IMG/VR virus record: IMGVR_UViG_3300033121_001723
Coordinates: 1-64,000 of that record
Reading direction: 5' to 3' (one strand)
From: a virus
Taxonomy: Duplodnaviria > Caudoviricetes
DNA: 64,000 nt
A program made the translations under genes and the position numbers. Below the pieces are notes generated by a model. The model did not search any database, was not told the DNA's origin, and worked only from the letters and a program-made list of their open reading frames with translations. This document shows positions 9,293 through 17,974 of this stretch, piece after piece. Numbering within the stretch: position 1 is the first letter of the stretch; every line of letters starts with the position of its first letter.

Positions 9293-9580
9293 TTACCGGA
9301 AAAATTTGGCTCCCGGACACGCCTTGCGGACTTTTGACTTGGCCTCAGACCGAGTCGAAGCCCGTACAAACCCTTCACCTGTCTCGTCGACAGTTACCCA
9401 TCGATACAGAGGTTTTGTGCCTGGTCCGCCGCCCCAGTAAGCGCCTCCTTGGTCGTAGTCTCCGTCCACAAATCGGACACGCACCAAGTAGTATCTTTGA
9501 GCTGTTGTCTCCGGCATTTTGGTTGGCCGGCCGAACGGGGCCCCGTACCGGCTACCAACCAATGTCAACTTTGGAATCAT
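9293..9580 (-). CDS. conserved phage hypothetical protein
   Basis: SRYGAPxGR...YLxRVR...GDYDxGGAYWG motif. Confidence 0.7.
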   Translation of the reverse strand: MIPKLTLVGSRYGAPFGRPTKMPETTAQRYYLVRVRFVDGDYDQGGAYWGGGPGTKPLYRWVTVDETGEGFVRASTRSEAKSKVRKACPGAKFFR

Positions 9581-9930
9581 CGCGTCTGCAAAGACCGCCT
9601 GCGACGGACCGTGGTGGTGGGGGCCAACTTGGCCGGCTTCGGTGCCTTAACACCGCCCCAAGCCAGCTTGCAGTCGGTGGCCTTCGCCAACTTCATCAGC
9701 GTACGAGCGTGGGTCCCTGGAGTAAAACTGTGCTTACGCAGCCGCAGGATCGTGGCTCGGGACAGTTTGACACGCAGGCACATGTCCCGCAGGTTCAGCC
9801 CGGCCTCTTCTTCGAGTGAGGAGAGGCAGAAGTCGACGAACCCCTGCAGCTGTCCCATGAAATCGGCATCCAGTTGCTTGGATTCTCGGATGAGCTTCTG
9901 TCGCTCGGCTTTGGTCAATTTGCTGGCCAT
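9577..9930 (-). CDS. HTH (XRE-like) DNA-binding protein
   Basis: LNLRDMCLRVKLSRATILRLRK helix-turn-helix-like segment; basic tail. Confidence 0.55.
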   Translation of the reverse strand: MASKLTKAERQKLIRESKQLDADFMGQLQGFVDFCLSSLEEEAGLNLRDMCLRVKLSRATILRLRKHSFTPGTHARTLMKLAKATDCKLAWGGVKAPKPAKLAPTTTVRRRRSLQTR

Positions 9931-9991
9931 GGTTTTCCTTCACAGTACAATACTGATTCCTCCGGACATATTGCCGCCGGGTCGGCTGTAA

Positions 9992-10840
9992 TCAATCGCG
10001 ACATACGAAATCGCCCCATCCGGCGCAGACTTTCCCTGCGTTACGCATCGCATCTCGGATCGCACAGTACCGGCGGTCGTCGCCTGCACTGCCATATCCC
10101 TCCCAGATGTCCCACAGGGCGACATCGTGCACCATCCAATCAGCTTTGTAGGCGTCGCCTACCACGATCGTGAGCCGATCTCCAAACTCCTTTTTGAGCC
10201 GCTCGCCAAAGTACTCGGCGACAGCCTCCTCGTGTTCGTACACGGTCAGAGACGTAACTTGTTTCCGCTCCAAGACCCGTCTGGCGGCCCAGCCCATACC
10301 AAGACCAGCCATGCCCACGTTTCCCTTGGCTCGCTTGATCTGATGACGCTGGGTGTATATCTCACTGGGTGTCAGCGACATCCATGGATTCAGCATCGCT
10401 CCGGCCAGCACCGGAATACCGACAGGGGCCGTAAACCGGCAGTACGCTTTAGCGGCATCCCGCTGGAATATCGCCAAGTCAGCCCGTACAGGCCGAGGCG
10501 TACTGAATGGAAACAGCGATGCCATCATCGCCAGCGGATGCAGCCGGTTGTAGAACAGATACTTGCCGACAGGGATACCCGCACGCTTGGATTCCGTGTG
10601 CGGCACAACCGGCAATTCAGCCAGTTCCGGCAGCAAGGTGTTTAGCCACTCCGTATAGGTGGTGTGGTCAAACAACACGCAGTTCCTGTGACCGGGCCAT
10701 TTGAAATCTTCGGTAAACGGAACGGCCCTCCCGTCGAGGAGGGCCTGCGTGTTTTCAGCGAGCAGCTTATTGGAGAGATACTCCAAACTATTTTCAGGAG
10801 CCTTCCGACTCATCATTGACTTCGGCAACGCCGGCCTCAC
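9992..10840 (-). CDS. class I SAM-dependent methyltransferase, spermidine-synthase-like (start may be 10816)
   Basis: WMSLTPSE...VGMAGLGMG...TVYEHEE...VVGDAY...LWDIW. Confidence 0.7.
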   Translation of the reverse strand: MRPALPKSMMSRKAPENSLEYLSNKLLAENTQALLDGRAVPFTEDFKWPGHRNCVLFDHTTYTEWLNTLLPELAELPVVPHTESKRAGIPVGKYLFYNRLHPLAMMASLFPFSTPRPVRADLAIFQRDAAKAYCRFTAPVGIPVLAGAMLNPWMSLTPSEIYTQRHQIKRAKGNVGMAGLGMGWAARRVLERKQVTSLTVYEHEEAVAEYFGERLKKEFGDRLTIVVGDAYKADWMVHDVALWDIWEGYGSAGDDRRYCAIRDAMRNAGKVCAGWGDFVCRD

Positions 10841-10861
10841 TTTCTAGGGGTGGACCTTGGC

Positions 10862-11938
10862 TTACGGAACAATGTATTTGGTAAAGTCCTTAGGGACACG
10901 AACCGTCAGTGGCCAGTTTTCATTCCGGCCTGTGCGGATAATCATCGGTATCGTGAACGTTCCCGCCGTTGCCGCCGCACTACCTTTCACCTGCAACCAC
11001 GGCACCTCGATCAGTTCACTGCACGCGTCGATACTGATCAGCGACGGTACCGTGTTGATCCCGGTAACAATTGCCGAATTCGGATTGAACTTCGGATTCT
11101 GTCCTGCCGACAACTGGCATTTGTCGAACGTTGTCACAGCTCCGGACTGCGTGTACTTGCTGATCAGATTATCCGTCTGAATCAAGATCGGCAGCCCACC
11201 TGTCTCTCCAGAAAACCTGGTATGCAACGCATGCAGGTTGCCTTTGTTCCTGATCCAGTACTGACTGGTATTGGCTTGGTCTGGCACGAACATGCAGTGC
11301 TCGATGACCATCCGGTTGCCGTTGTTGGTAATACAACCTCCAAACGGACTGGCCCCCCATTGCACCCAGCTGTTGGTAACCTTTGTCAGGTCACACCAGC
11401 TCTCCAGGAACTCTCCCTTGGCTCTGTAACGGCACGAATCGATCACCATCAGACAGGACATATGTCCGTCTCCACCCTCGGCTTTGACGATGATCGACGT
11501 CGAAGTCTGGTCGTCGAACGTGCAGTCACGGATGGTGATCATTGTCCCGTTCACGTTCTGGTTAGAAATCTGGATGGCTGTCGTTCCACCGACGAACTTC
11601 ATCCCAGAGATCCTCACGATCGTCCCAGCTCGACTGCAGTCGAAAATCGACTTGCCTTGGCCATACTGCCGGATAATCGCGTCTTCCCCTCGCACTGTAA
11701 CCACCGGCAACAACTTGATCGTGTCAGTGATCCGGTACTTGCCCCATGGGAACACCACGGTGGGTGAAGTCTGGGCCTGCACGAAGCTGTTGGGATTCTT
11801 GTCGTCCACTGTGGAGTTCACCCACAATGCGGCATTGACGGCCTTCTGGATAGCAGCCGTGCTATCAGCCTTCCCGGTAGGGTCAGCCCCAAAATCAGTC
11901 ACATCGATCGCGAACAGCAGAGCAAATAGCAGATTCAT
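10862..11938 (-). CDS. right-handed beta-helix (pectate-lyase-3-like) protein with hydrophobic N-terminus
   Basis: DVTDFGADPTGKADSTAAIQKAV...VVFPWGKYRITDTI; leader MNLLFALLFA. Confidence 0.75.
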   Translation of the reverse strand: MNLLFALLFAIDVTDFGADPTGKADSTAAIQKAVNAALWVNSTVDDKNPNSFVQAQTSPTVVFPWGKYRITDTIKLLPVVTVRGEDAIIRQYGQGKSIFDCSRAGTIVRISGMKFVGGTTAIQISNQNVNGTMITIRDCTFDDQTSTSIIVKAEGGDGHMSCLMVIDSCRYRAKGEFLESWCDLTKVTNSWVQWGASPFGGCITNNGNRMVIEHCMFVPDQANTSQYWIRNKGNLHALHTRFSGETGGLPILIQTDNLISKYTQSGAVTTFDKCQLSAGQNPKFNPNSAIVTGINTVPSLISIDACSELIEVPWLQVKGSAAATAGTFTIPMIIRTGRNENWPLTVRVPKDFTKYIVP

Positions 11939-11996
11939 GATACCCCCTCATGTTACACCGTTTCTGGTCCCGGACGACAAACCGGTCCGGACGGAT

Positions 11997-12029
11997 AAAA
12001 ACCAAGGGCGGACCCACGGCCGCCCTTGG
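11997..12029 (-). terminator. rho-independent terminator
   Basis: 10-bp stem CCAAGGGCGG/CCGCCCTTGG followed by TTTTT on the - strand. Confidence 0.75.
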
Positions 12030-12062
12030 AAACATTCTCAAAAAGCAGCAGATTTCCGCAGA

Positions 12063-13778
12063 CTACTTGTCGTCGGTTTTCGCGGCTTCCTTCTTGGCAT
12101 CCTGGTCGTCCAGGTAGGCCACAAACTCCTTCAAGTCGGCCGTCCGCTGCTCGATCTCGGCGATGACCCGTCGCGGCTTGTTGGCGATCTTGCCCAGCTC
12201 CGCCAGTTCACGCTCTTCGTCGGCGATCATAAGCGCCACAGCCCCGGTGCTGAGACCCTCGACAGATTTGCCGTTGATGGTGTAATTGGCTTGCAGTTTG
12301 AGTCCCATGTTCGTCGATACTTTCTCTTCTGTTGTCTGGACTTCAGCCCCCTGACACACGTCAGAGGTTTCACTGTTGTCCGGTTCATGCATCAATGCTG
12401 TGTACAGCACCTTGGCGATCCCGCAGCAGATCGCATTTCGCTCTGTTGCCTCTGGTATCAAGTTACCTAGAGGCAGGTTGAAATGTGCCAAATCGGACTG
12501 CCGGAGGAGCCAGTCTCGGATTCCTTGTAGCGTATCGTTTTCCGGTGGGTTTCGCCTCAGCTCCGACCACCAACGATGCAGAGTGGAGAACTGGTAACCG
12601 GTGACCGGTCCAACCGTGTTGTCTATCGCCCACGTCGGTTCATGCGGCCACGACAATCCGGCCCGGTGTGTATGCTTGGCGAAAACCCATCGTGTCAACG
12701 CCTCAGCCCCTAGCACCGCATCCAATCCGTTGAAGATCGTGTTAACCCGGATGTAGCGGGCGGCGGCCAGGTAGATCGCCTCTTCGGAGGTCAACCTCTG
12801 GGTGAAATCCCGCGGCATACTGGCGACGAACCGTTCCAGATGTGACTCCATAACCTCCGGCTGTTGGGTCACATACTTGCACGGAATAATCAGCGTCAAT
12901 GCGACCAATCGGTGGTAAATCGCCTGTGTCACAAGAGTATCGTCAGTACACCACTGCCGATTCCACAGCTTGCCGACGTACTCAAACCGATACCAAGCCC
13001 GGATCTTATCCAGCCACTCGCGACGGTTCTGGAAATGGTTTTGTCCGTGCCCCAAAATAAACTCGTTGGCGAGCTCGTCTGGCGTCCGATCTTGGCCTCT
13101 CCGAGCCACCGCTGGCTTTTCGATAACTCCTCCTTTCTCTGGTTTTTTGTCGTAGACCATCTGCAGGAAATCCACGATCTCCTTACCCGCCAAATATCTG
13201 CTGCCGGCCACGACCACCGACTGGCTTTCAATCGCCCCTGTCACCACTGCGGCAAGCCGCCCCTGCTCCAATTCCTCCAGCAGTGCCGGACTCTTCAAAA
13301 CCTTGTCTACGGCGTTCAGCAAGTGCGTAGGATCTCTAAAGCCTCTTGTGCGGCCGTCGTAATGCATCCAACGGTAGGCGAGCCGGCCGATGAATATCCG
13401 TTGATACTCCAGTCCGTTGCGGGACAGGAGTTCCGCGGTTTTCGCAAACACCTTACGGAAGCTGTCATTGCTCCAGTCCTCCGTGACATTCGCCGCCTTT
13501 CGTAGAATCTGGAACAACCGCTCCACAGCGGTTGGAGACGCCCACTCGTAGCTTGCCGGAGAAAATCCGGTAGCGGCCTCTGGGGAACCTTCATGAACCC
13601 GATACCGTTGGTAATCCGCCAACAGGGCCTTCAGACAGGTATACTCCCGAACCGGTAACGAGGACCAGCCCATCTCCCGTTGGACGGCCGCAACACTGGC
13701 GGGAAAATCACAATCCGGCCTCAGCATAAGCTCGACGGCGCCACGCCGTACGATCTCTTTCAAATACTCAAGTAGCAT
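12063..13778 (-). CDS. hypothetical protein with a C-terminal module shared with 13814..14734
   Basis: 571-aa ORF; GGAG RBS; C-terminal 62 aa align without gaps to the neighbour. Confidence 0.75.
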   Translation of the reverse strand: MLLEYLKEIVRRGAVELMLRPDCDFPASVAAVQREMGWSSLPVREYTCLKALLADYQRYRVHEGSPEAATGFSPASYEWASPTAVERLFQILRKAANVTEDWSNDSFRKVFAKTAELLSRNGLEYQRIFIGRLAYRWMHYDGRTRGFRDPTHLLNAVDKVLKSPALLEELEQGRLAAVVTGAIESQSVVVAGSRYLAGKEIVDFLQMVYDKKPEKGGVIEKPAVARRGQDRTPDELANEFILGHGQNHFQNRREWLDKIRAWYRFEYVGKLWNRQWCTDDTLVTQAIYHRLVALTLIIPCKYVTQQPEVMESHLERFVASMPRDFTQRLTSEEAIYLAAARYIRVNTIFNGLDAVLGAEALTRWVFAKHTHRAGLSWPHEPTWAIDNTVGPVTGYQFSTLHRWWSELRRNPPENDTLQGIRDWLLRQSDLAHFNLPLGNLIPEATERNAICCGIAKVLYTALMHEPDNSETSDVCQGAEVQTTEEKVSTNMGLKLQANYTINGKSVEGLSTGAVALMIADEERELAELGKIANKPRRVIAEIEQRTADLKEFVAYLDDQDAKKEAAKTDDK

Positions 13779-13813
13779 CGTTCAGACTCCTCCAAACCTC
13801 TCGGGGACTGGAA

Positions 13814-14734
13814 CTACTCGGAGGCTGTCTGCGGACCTTCGTCCATGTCGTCCAGGATCTTGACCAGCCGATCCAAAGTCGCCTGCCGTTTGGCAATATC
13901 GGCCTTAACCCGCTTCGGCCGTGCCTTGAGCTTGGCCAACGCCTCCAGAGCCTCCTCTTCGCTCCGGATCAGCTCCGTAATCTGTTCGTTCGTCAACTCA
14001 CGGACGTCCGTGCCATTGACATAGGTGATGGTCTCGATCGTGATTCCATTCGGTTTCGCTTGCCCCATGGTCTGTTGTGGCTCCTCTGAATTGAGCAGAT
14101 TCTCGCTGAAATCCGCAAACTTGTGAACATCTTTGGTACGCTCAGGGACACGCTCCCAGAGCTCTCCGGCAACTGCCTTGATCTCTTCATCGGTAGGCTC
14201 AGGCACCAGACAACTTAGATTGTGCTTGACCATCCTCAGGGCCCCGTCGGTTGACCTGAAGGCTGTGTGCCAGTTCTTGTCGATGGCCGTGATTTCAATG
14301 GCCGCACACTTAACCCACTCAGAACCGGCCTTCGGCTTCCGGTGCTTATATCGGTTCTCCTGTAGAAACTTATTCAAGAACCGGCCTTTGAGCTCATCCC
14401 CTCGCCGGACCTTGGCAAGCTCCTCCTCGGAGATGTAATCCCTGTAGTGCTGCATCACAGCCCAGGCAATCCCCGGACACTCGCAGTCCCAGAACTGGGA
14501 CCAAGCCGACACATCGCCGACAGTGGGTTGTGTGCTACCGCGAATTCCGATACCGGGTCTCCAACCGATATTGAGACCGCACACCCGCTTGCCGTGCTTG
14601 TACACAGCTCCACGGATATCCATGCAGCGGTGATCCATCACACACTGGTAGAATTCGTGATCGTTGACGAGCTCCACCGCCCGCATCTCACACCACTCGT
14701 CGAACTCTCGCTGCCCCGTGTAGGGCGTATTCAT
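13814..14734 (-). CDS. hypothetical protein with shared C-terminal module (start reassigned to ATG 14734)
   Basis: GAGGAGG upstream; palindrome copy 2 upstream. Confidence 0.7.
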   Translation of the reverse strand: MNTPYTGQREFDEWCEMRAVELVNDHEFYQCVMDHRCMDIRGAVYKHGKRVCGLNIGWRPGIGIRGSTQPTVGDVSAWSQFWDCECPGIAWAVMQHYRDYISEEELAKVRRGDELKGRFLNKFLQENRYKHRKPKAGSEWVKCAAIEITAIDKNWHTAFRSTDGALRMVKHNLSCLVPEPTDEEIKAVAGELWERVPERTKDVHKFADFSENLLNSEEPQQTMGQAKPNGITIETITYVNGTDVRELTNEQITELIRSEEEALEALAKLKARPKRVKADIAKRQATLDRLVKILDDMDEGPQTASE

Positions 14735-14757
14735 CTGTTGTCTGCCTCCTCTCTCCT

Positions 14758-14773
14758 GAATTTCCGGAAATTG
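14758..14773. promoter_or_regulatory. palindromic motif copy 2 GAATTTCCGGAAATTG
   Basis: Read directly; 23 nt upstream of ATG 14734. Confidence 0.9.
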
Positions 14774-14777
14774 ACCG

Positions 14778-15116
14778 TCAGAACCATCTGAACAGTCTGA
14801 CATACCACGGACATTGACTGTCCGCATCTACCCGGGCATTCATTTGGAGGTGGTCCCAGACCACTCGTTCAATATGCCGTACGGCGACCGAAACCCGGTG
14901 CACCTCCCACGGCTCGCTTGCCACCTGCGACGCAAAGTCTGACAGACTCTGGCTGCCCCCCTCTGCAAAATAGCCTTCGATCAACTTGATCATCTGGCCC
15001 ATCGCCACCTCATCGGTTGGATCTTCGCTCAGTTCGACGAGGAGGTCGCGGGCAAGCAACTTAGGGTCAATCCTATAGTCGCGACTCCCCTCACGAAACG
15101 ACAGGCTTCCCACCAT
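14778..15116 (-). CDS. hypothetical protein
   Basis: ATG 15116 overlaps the end of the AAA gene; GAGA/GAG upstream. Confidence 0.5.
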   Translation of the reverse strand: MVGSLSFREGSRDYRIDPKLLARDLLVELSEDPTDEVAMGQMIKLIEGYFAEGGSQSLSDFASQVASEPWEVHRVSVAVRHIERVVWDHLQMNARVDADSQCPWYVRLFRWF

Positions 15117-16608
15117 CTCTCTCGGTCTCCCAGAAATAACGTTCTGCCACTTTGAAACAGCGGAACTGGAATGCCGCACCGCTGTCCCCCTCGCCTGCCT
15201 GTACCGTCTGCTCCACGACGTCTTGCGGAAGGCCCAGCAGAATTCTCTGGGCTATTTTTCGCCGCCCTTGCTCTGGCGGCGAGTTCAGTTCGACGACCTT
15301 GTCGATCCGTCCAGGTCTGGTGACATACGACCCGTCTGGCAACTTACGCATCAGGGCTTCATCCAGCTGCTCGGGCTTGTTTGAGGTCACGAAGACGCAG
15401 ACCCCAGCCGAGGCGGAAATCCCGTCCAGGCTGTTCAGCAAACATTCGTAGCCTAAAACCACACCCTCGCGGGGCTTGTCGCCTGAAAACACCCGGTCGA
15501 GATCCTCCAACACTGCTACACAGGGGGCGTGACCATCCAGCATACGCGACCACTCCCGGGCCAGCTCTGCATTTGTCAAACTGGCCAAGTCGTAGAGGAA
15601 CACCGGCAGTCCCAACCCAGCAGCCATGGCCCGGATTACAGACGTCTTGCCATTTCCTGGCGGACCTACCAGTCCGTAGCCCCGTTTCCACGGTACTCCG
15701 CGAGCAGTAAACCAGCTGCGGCCTGTTTTCCAGTGGGTCAATTCTTGGAATATCTCCAAGACCTCGTCCGACACCCAAAGGTCCTCCAACCGGCTACCTA
15801 GAGACAACCCGCGTCTGATGTCGTTACTGGACAGCATACATGGAGTATCTCCAGCCTCTTCGAACGGGGTTGACCCACTGGTATCTAGCTCTAACGCCGC
15901 CCCGGTGGCCTGCGCCTGCATAGCAGCTGCTACCTGAGTAGCCGGACTGTCGTCTGACGGCTCTCCAGGTCTCAGGACTCGCGACTTCGAACTGACATAG
16001 GATTGAGCCGTACCGGTGATAGGGCGTACGAAAAACCTGTTGTATTCGGCCGCACTGGCGTACCACTGAGTCCGGGTCCGGACCATGTCAGTCAACACAT
16101 GATCCGGAGACAACAACCAACGAAATGTCACCAGAACGGTGTTCACGCTGTTGTTGTCGTTGATGTTGTTGCCGGCGCTGTTGACTGACTTTGTAAAGAT
16201 GTTGTTGCCGGCGCTGTTGACTGACTTTGTAAACCAGACAGGCTTCCATCCATGCACCAACCATAGAGATTGTAGAGGGATCAGCCGGTATAGAAACGGA
16301 ATGTATCCGCCACCTTGATCTTCGTGGTAGGCCGCCCAGCTCCGTTCGCGAGTCAAGCACTCCTGAGTGGCCAACCTGTGCGTGGTGCCGTATTGAACGT
16401 TGTTGACGTGCACCATTCTTCCGTTAGCTTTCAGCCATCGGTAGACTTGCCACGCGTATACATCCGTACCGAACGTGTCGATCCGGATGATCACCAGGGA
16501 TTCGATGTACCGCCAGAATCCGAGCACCGCGTTTCTGGCGGCGTAGAACACAGTACTGACCGCCGCCAAGCCTGCCAGTACCCAAGCCCCATGTTCGTCC
16601 AAGTCCAT
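15091..16608 (-). CDS. BCS1-like membrane-anchored AAA+ ATPase
   Basis: N-terminal TM segment; GVPWKRGYGLVGPPGNGKTS (Walker A), VLEDLD (Walker B), LLNSLDG, TSNKPEQLDEAL..RPGRID. Confidence 0.85.
   Translation of the reverse strand: MDLDEHGAWVLAGLAAVSTVFYAARNAVLGFWRYIESLVIIRIDTFGTDVYAWQVYRWLKANGRMVHVNNVQYGTTHRLATQECLTRERSWAAYHEDQGGGYIPFLYRLIPLQSLWLVHGWKPVWFTKSVNSAGNNIFTKSVNSAGNNINDNNSVNTVLVTFRWLLSPDHVLTDMVRTRTQWYASAAEYNRFFVRPITGTAQSYVSSKSRVLRPGEPSDDSPATQVAAAMQAQATGAALELDTSGSTPFEEAGDTPCMLSSNDIRRGLSLGSRLEDLWVSDEVLEIFQELTHWKTGRSWFTARGVPWKRGYGLVGPPGNGKTSVIRAMAAGLGLPVFLYDLASLTNAELAREWSRMLDGHAPCVAVLEDLDRVFSGDKPREGVVLGYECLLNSLDGISASAGVCVFVTSNKPEQLDEALMRKLPDGSYVTRPGRIDKVVELNSPPEQGRRKIAQRILLGLPQDVVEQTVQAGEGDSGAAFQFRCFKVAERYFWETERDGGKPVVS
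16162..16233. repeat. perfect 36-bp tandem duplication, in frame (FTKSVNSAGNNI x2)
   Basis: GATGTTGTTGCCGGCGCTGTTGACTGACTTTGTAAA at 16162-16197 and 16198-16233. Confidence 0.95.
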
Positions 16609-16617
16609 CCCTTTCGT

Positions 16618-17043
16618 TCAGACTACAACACTTTCTTTCACAGCGTCGGCATCAGAGGGCTCGTTATACAGTTCGGTGTATATCTCCCGGGCTCTCGCCC
16701 AGACCGGATGCCCTCCCTCCAAATCCGACGTCACAATAATCTTGTCCTTGAGGACCTTGTCTGCCAGCAGCAACGCCGTGCAGACACACAGCTCCATGAT
16801 CTCGCCGCGAGCTTTGAAGTGCTCCTTGACCGCCGTGCTCGATCGCGGTATCCGAAATGGCTCCTCTGTCAGCGCTCCGGTGTCGCTGAACGTCAGAACG
16901 TCCCTGAGCCGCACGTACTCCAACTTAACACAGTCGCAGCGGGCCCAGTCGACTATCTTCAGAATCTTGCTTCCCAGCTCTTCCCACTCGGCCCTGCTCG
17001 GCTTTCTGACGACGGTCCAATAGTGTGTAAATCCCATCAGCAC
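16618..17043 (-). CDS. conserved phage hypothetical protein
   Basis: MGFTHYW N-terminus; GGGGAG RBS. Confidence 0.65.
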   Translation of the reverse strand: MLMGFTHYWTVVRKPSRAEWEELGSKILKIVDWARCDCVKLEYVRLRDVLTFSDTGALTEEPFRIPRSSTAVKEHFKARGEIMELCVCTALLLADKVLKDKIIVTSDLEGGHPVWARAREIYTELYNEPSDADAVKESVVV

Positions 17044-17396
17044 TCCCCCAAGAACAGATTCCTATGCCCGGCAAATACGCTCGGTTCGTAATGTTTCGGC
17101 CTCCTGACCCCGAGCCCTATCAGCAGCAGAACCCGGAGTACATATGCCTCGTGTATCAACGGCCACCGGTCAGCGTGGTTGTCATCTCGGGTCGCATGAA
17201 TAAACGCCAGCTGGACGACCTTCCAGTCCTCCGCCTCCCGGGCCAGCCAGGCGTCGATGGCGGCGTTGGTGTCCGCCTTGTCCATCAGAGCCTTGTGCAC
17301 CGGTGCCTTCTCGTAGAACTCCAGCAAGGCCTGCCTGACCTTCTTGAAGTCTTTCATCGCTTCCGGAGACGGAACCCACTTTTCTTTTTTAACCAT
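17037..17396 (-). CDS. hypothetical protein (start approximate, MVKKEKW)
   Basis: GGAG upstream; start abuts the upstream stop. Confidence 0.55.
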   Translation of the reverse strand: MVKKEKWVPSPEAMKDFKKVRQALLEFYEKAPVHKALMDKADTNAAIDAWLAREAEDWKVVQLAFIHATRDDNHADRWPLIHEAYVLRVLLLIGLGVRRPKHYEPSVFAGHRNLFLGEC

Positions 17397-17974
17397 CAGT
17401 ACAGGTCTCCCGGTTTTCCCACATAAATCAGGTCTGGCACTTCGTACACGAATACTCCGTCCAGATCCACCGGTTCGCTCGCATTGCCCATGAGGGTCGC
17501 GGATTCCCACCCAGGACTATTCTCTTCCTCCAGCTGGTACTCGCAGTACCGCTCAGGAGGGATTACCAGCTGGTCGGCCGCCGCATCACACTCGTCGATC
17601 AACGTCTCGATATGGTCATCCCCGTAGGCCTCGACGACGTAGTGATCCCCGCTCGGAAGCAACACGACTTTCGCTTCGCCACTACATGCCCCCGGGTTGA
17701 CCACAACAGTCTCCGTATACCTCACCCCGTTCAAGGTGTAATGGGCCGTTACCGGAAAGACTTGGGTGACAAACGCCTCCCAATACCCCGGCGGAACAGC
17801 CAGCCCGTGGGAATCCATGTCATTGACATGGCCCCACTGTGCGGCTGACTGCCTCTCCTCCTCGGAAAACTCCGTCGCATCAGTTGCGGAGTCCACCCAT
17901 CCGCGTTCAACGTTCCAGCACTGAGTGGACTCGGTGTCCGGGTGGTGCAGGATGTAGGTGCGAATCTCGGCCAC
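17396..17974 (-). CDS. acidic hypothetical protein
   Basis: WNxExGWVD...ATxFSEEER motif; coupled to the GHKL gene. Confidence 0.6.
   Translation of the reverse strand: MAEIRTYILHHPDTESTQCWNVERGWVDSATDATEFSEEERQSAAQWGHVNDMDSHGLAVPPGYWEAFVTQVFPVTAHYTLNGVRYTETVVVNPGACSGEAKVVLLPSGDHYVVEAYGDDHIETLIDECDAAADQLVIPPERYCEYQLEEENSPGWESATLMGNASEPVDLDGVFVYEVPDLIYVGKPGDLY

Noticed and set aside
16162-16233. 36-bp direct repeat as a CRISPR array
   Set aside because: Only two copies, no spacer, in frame within a CDS, and no cas genes
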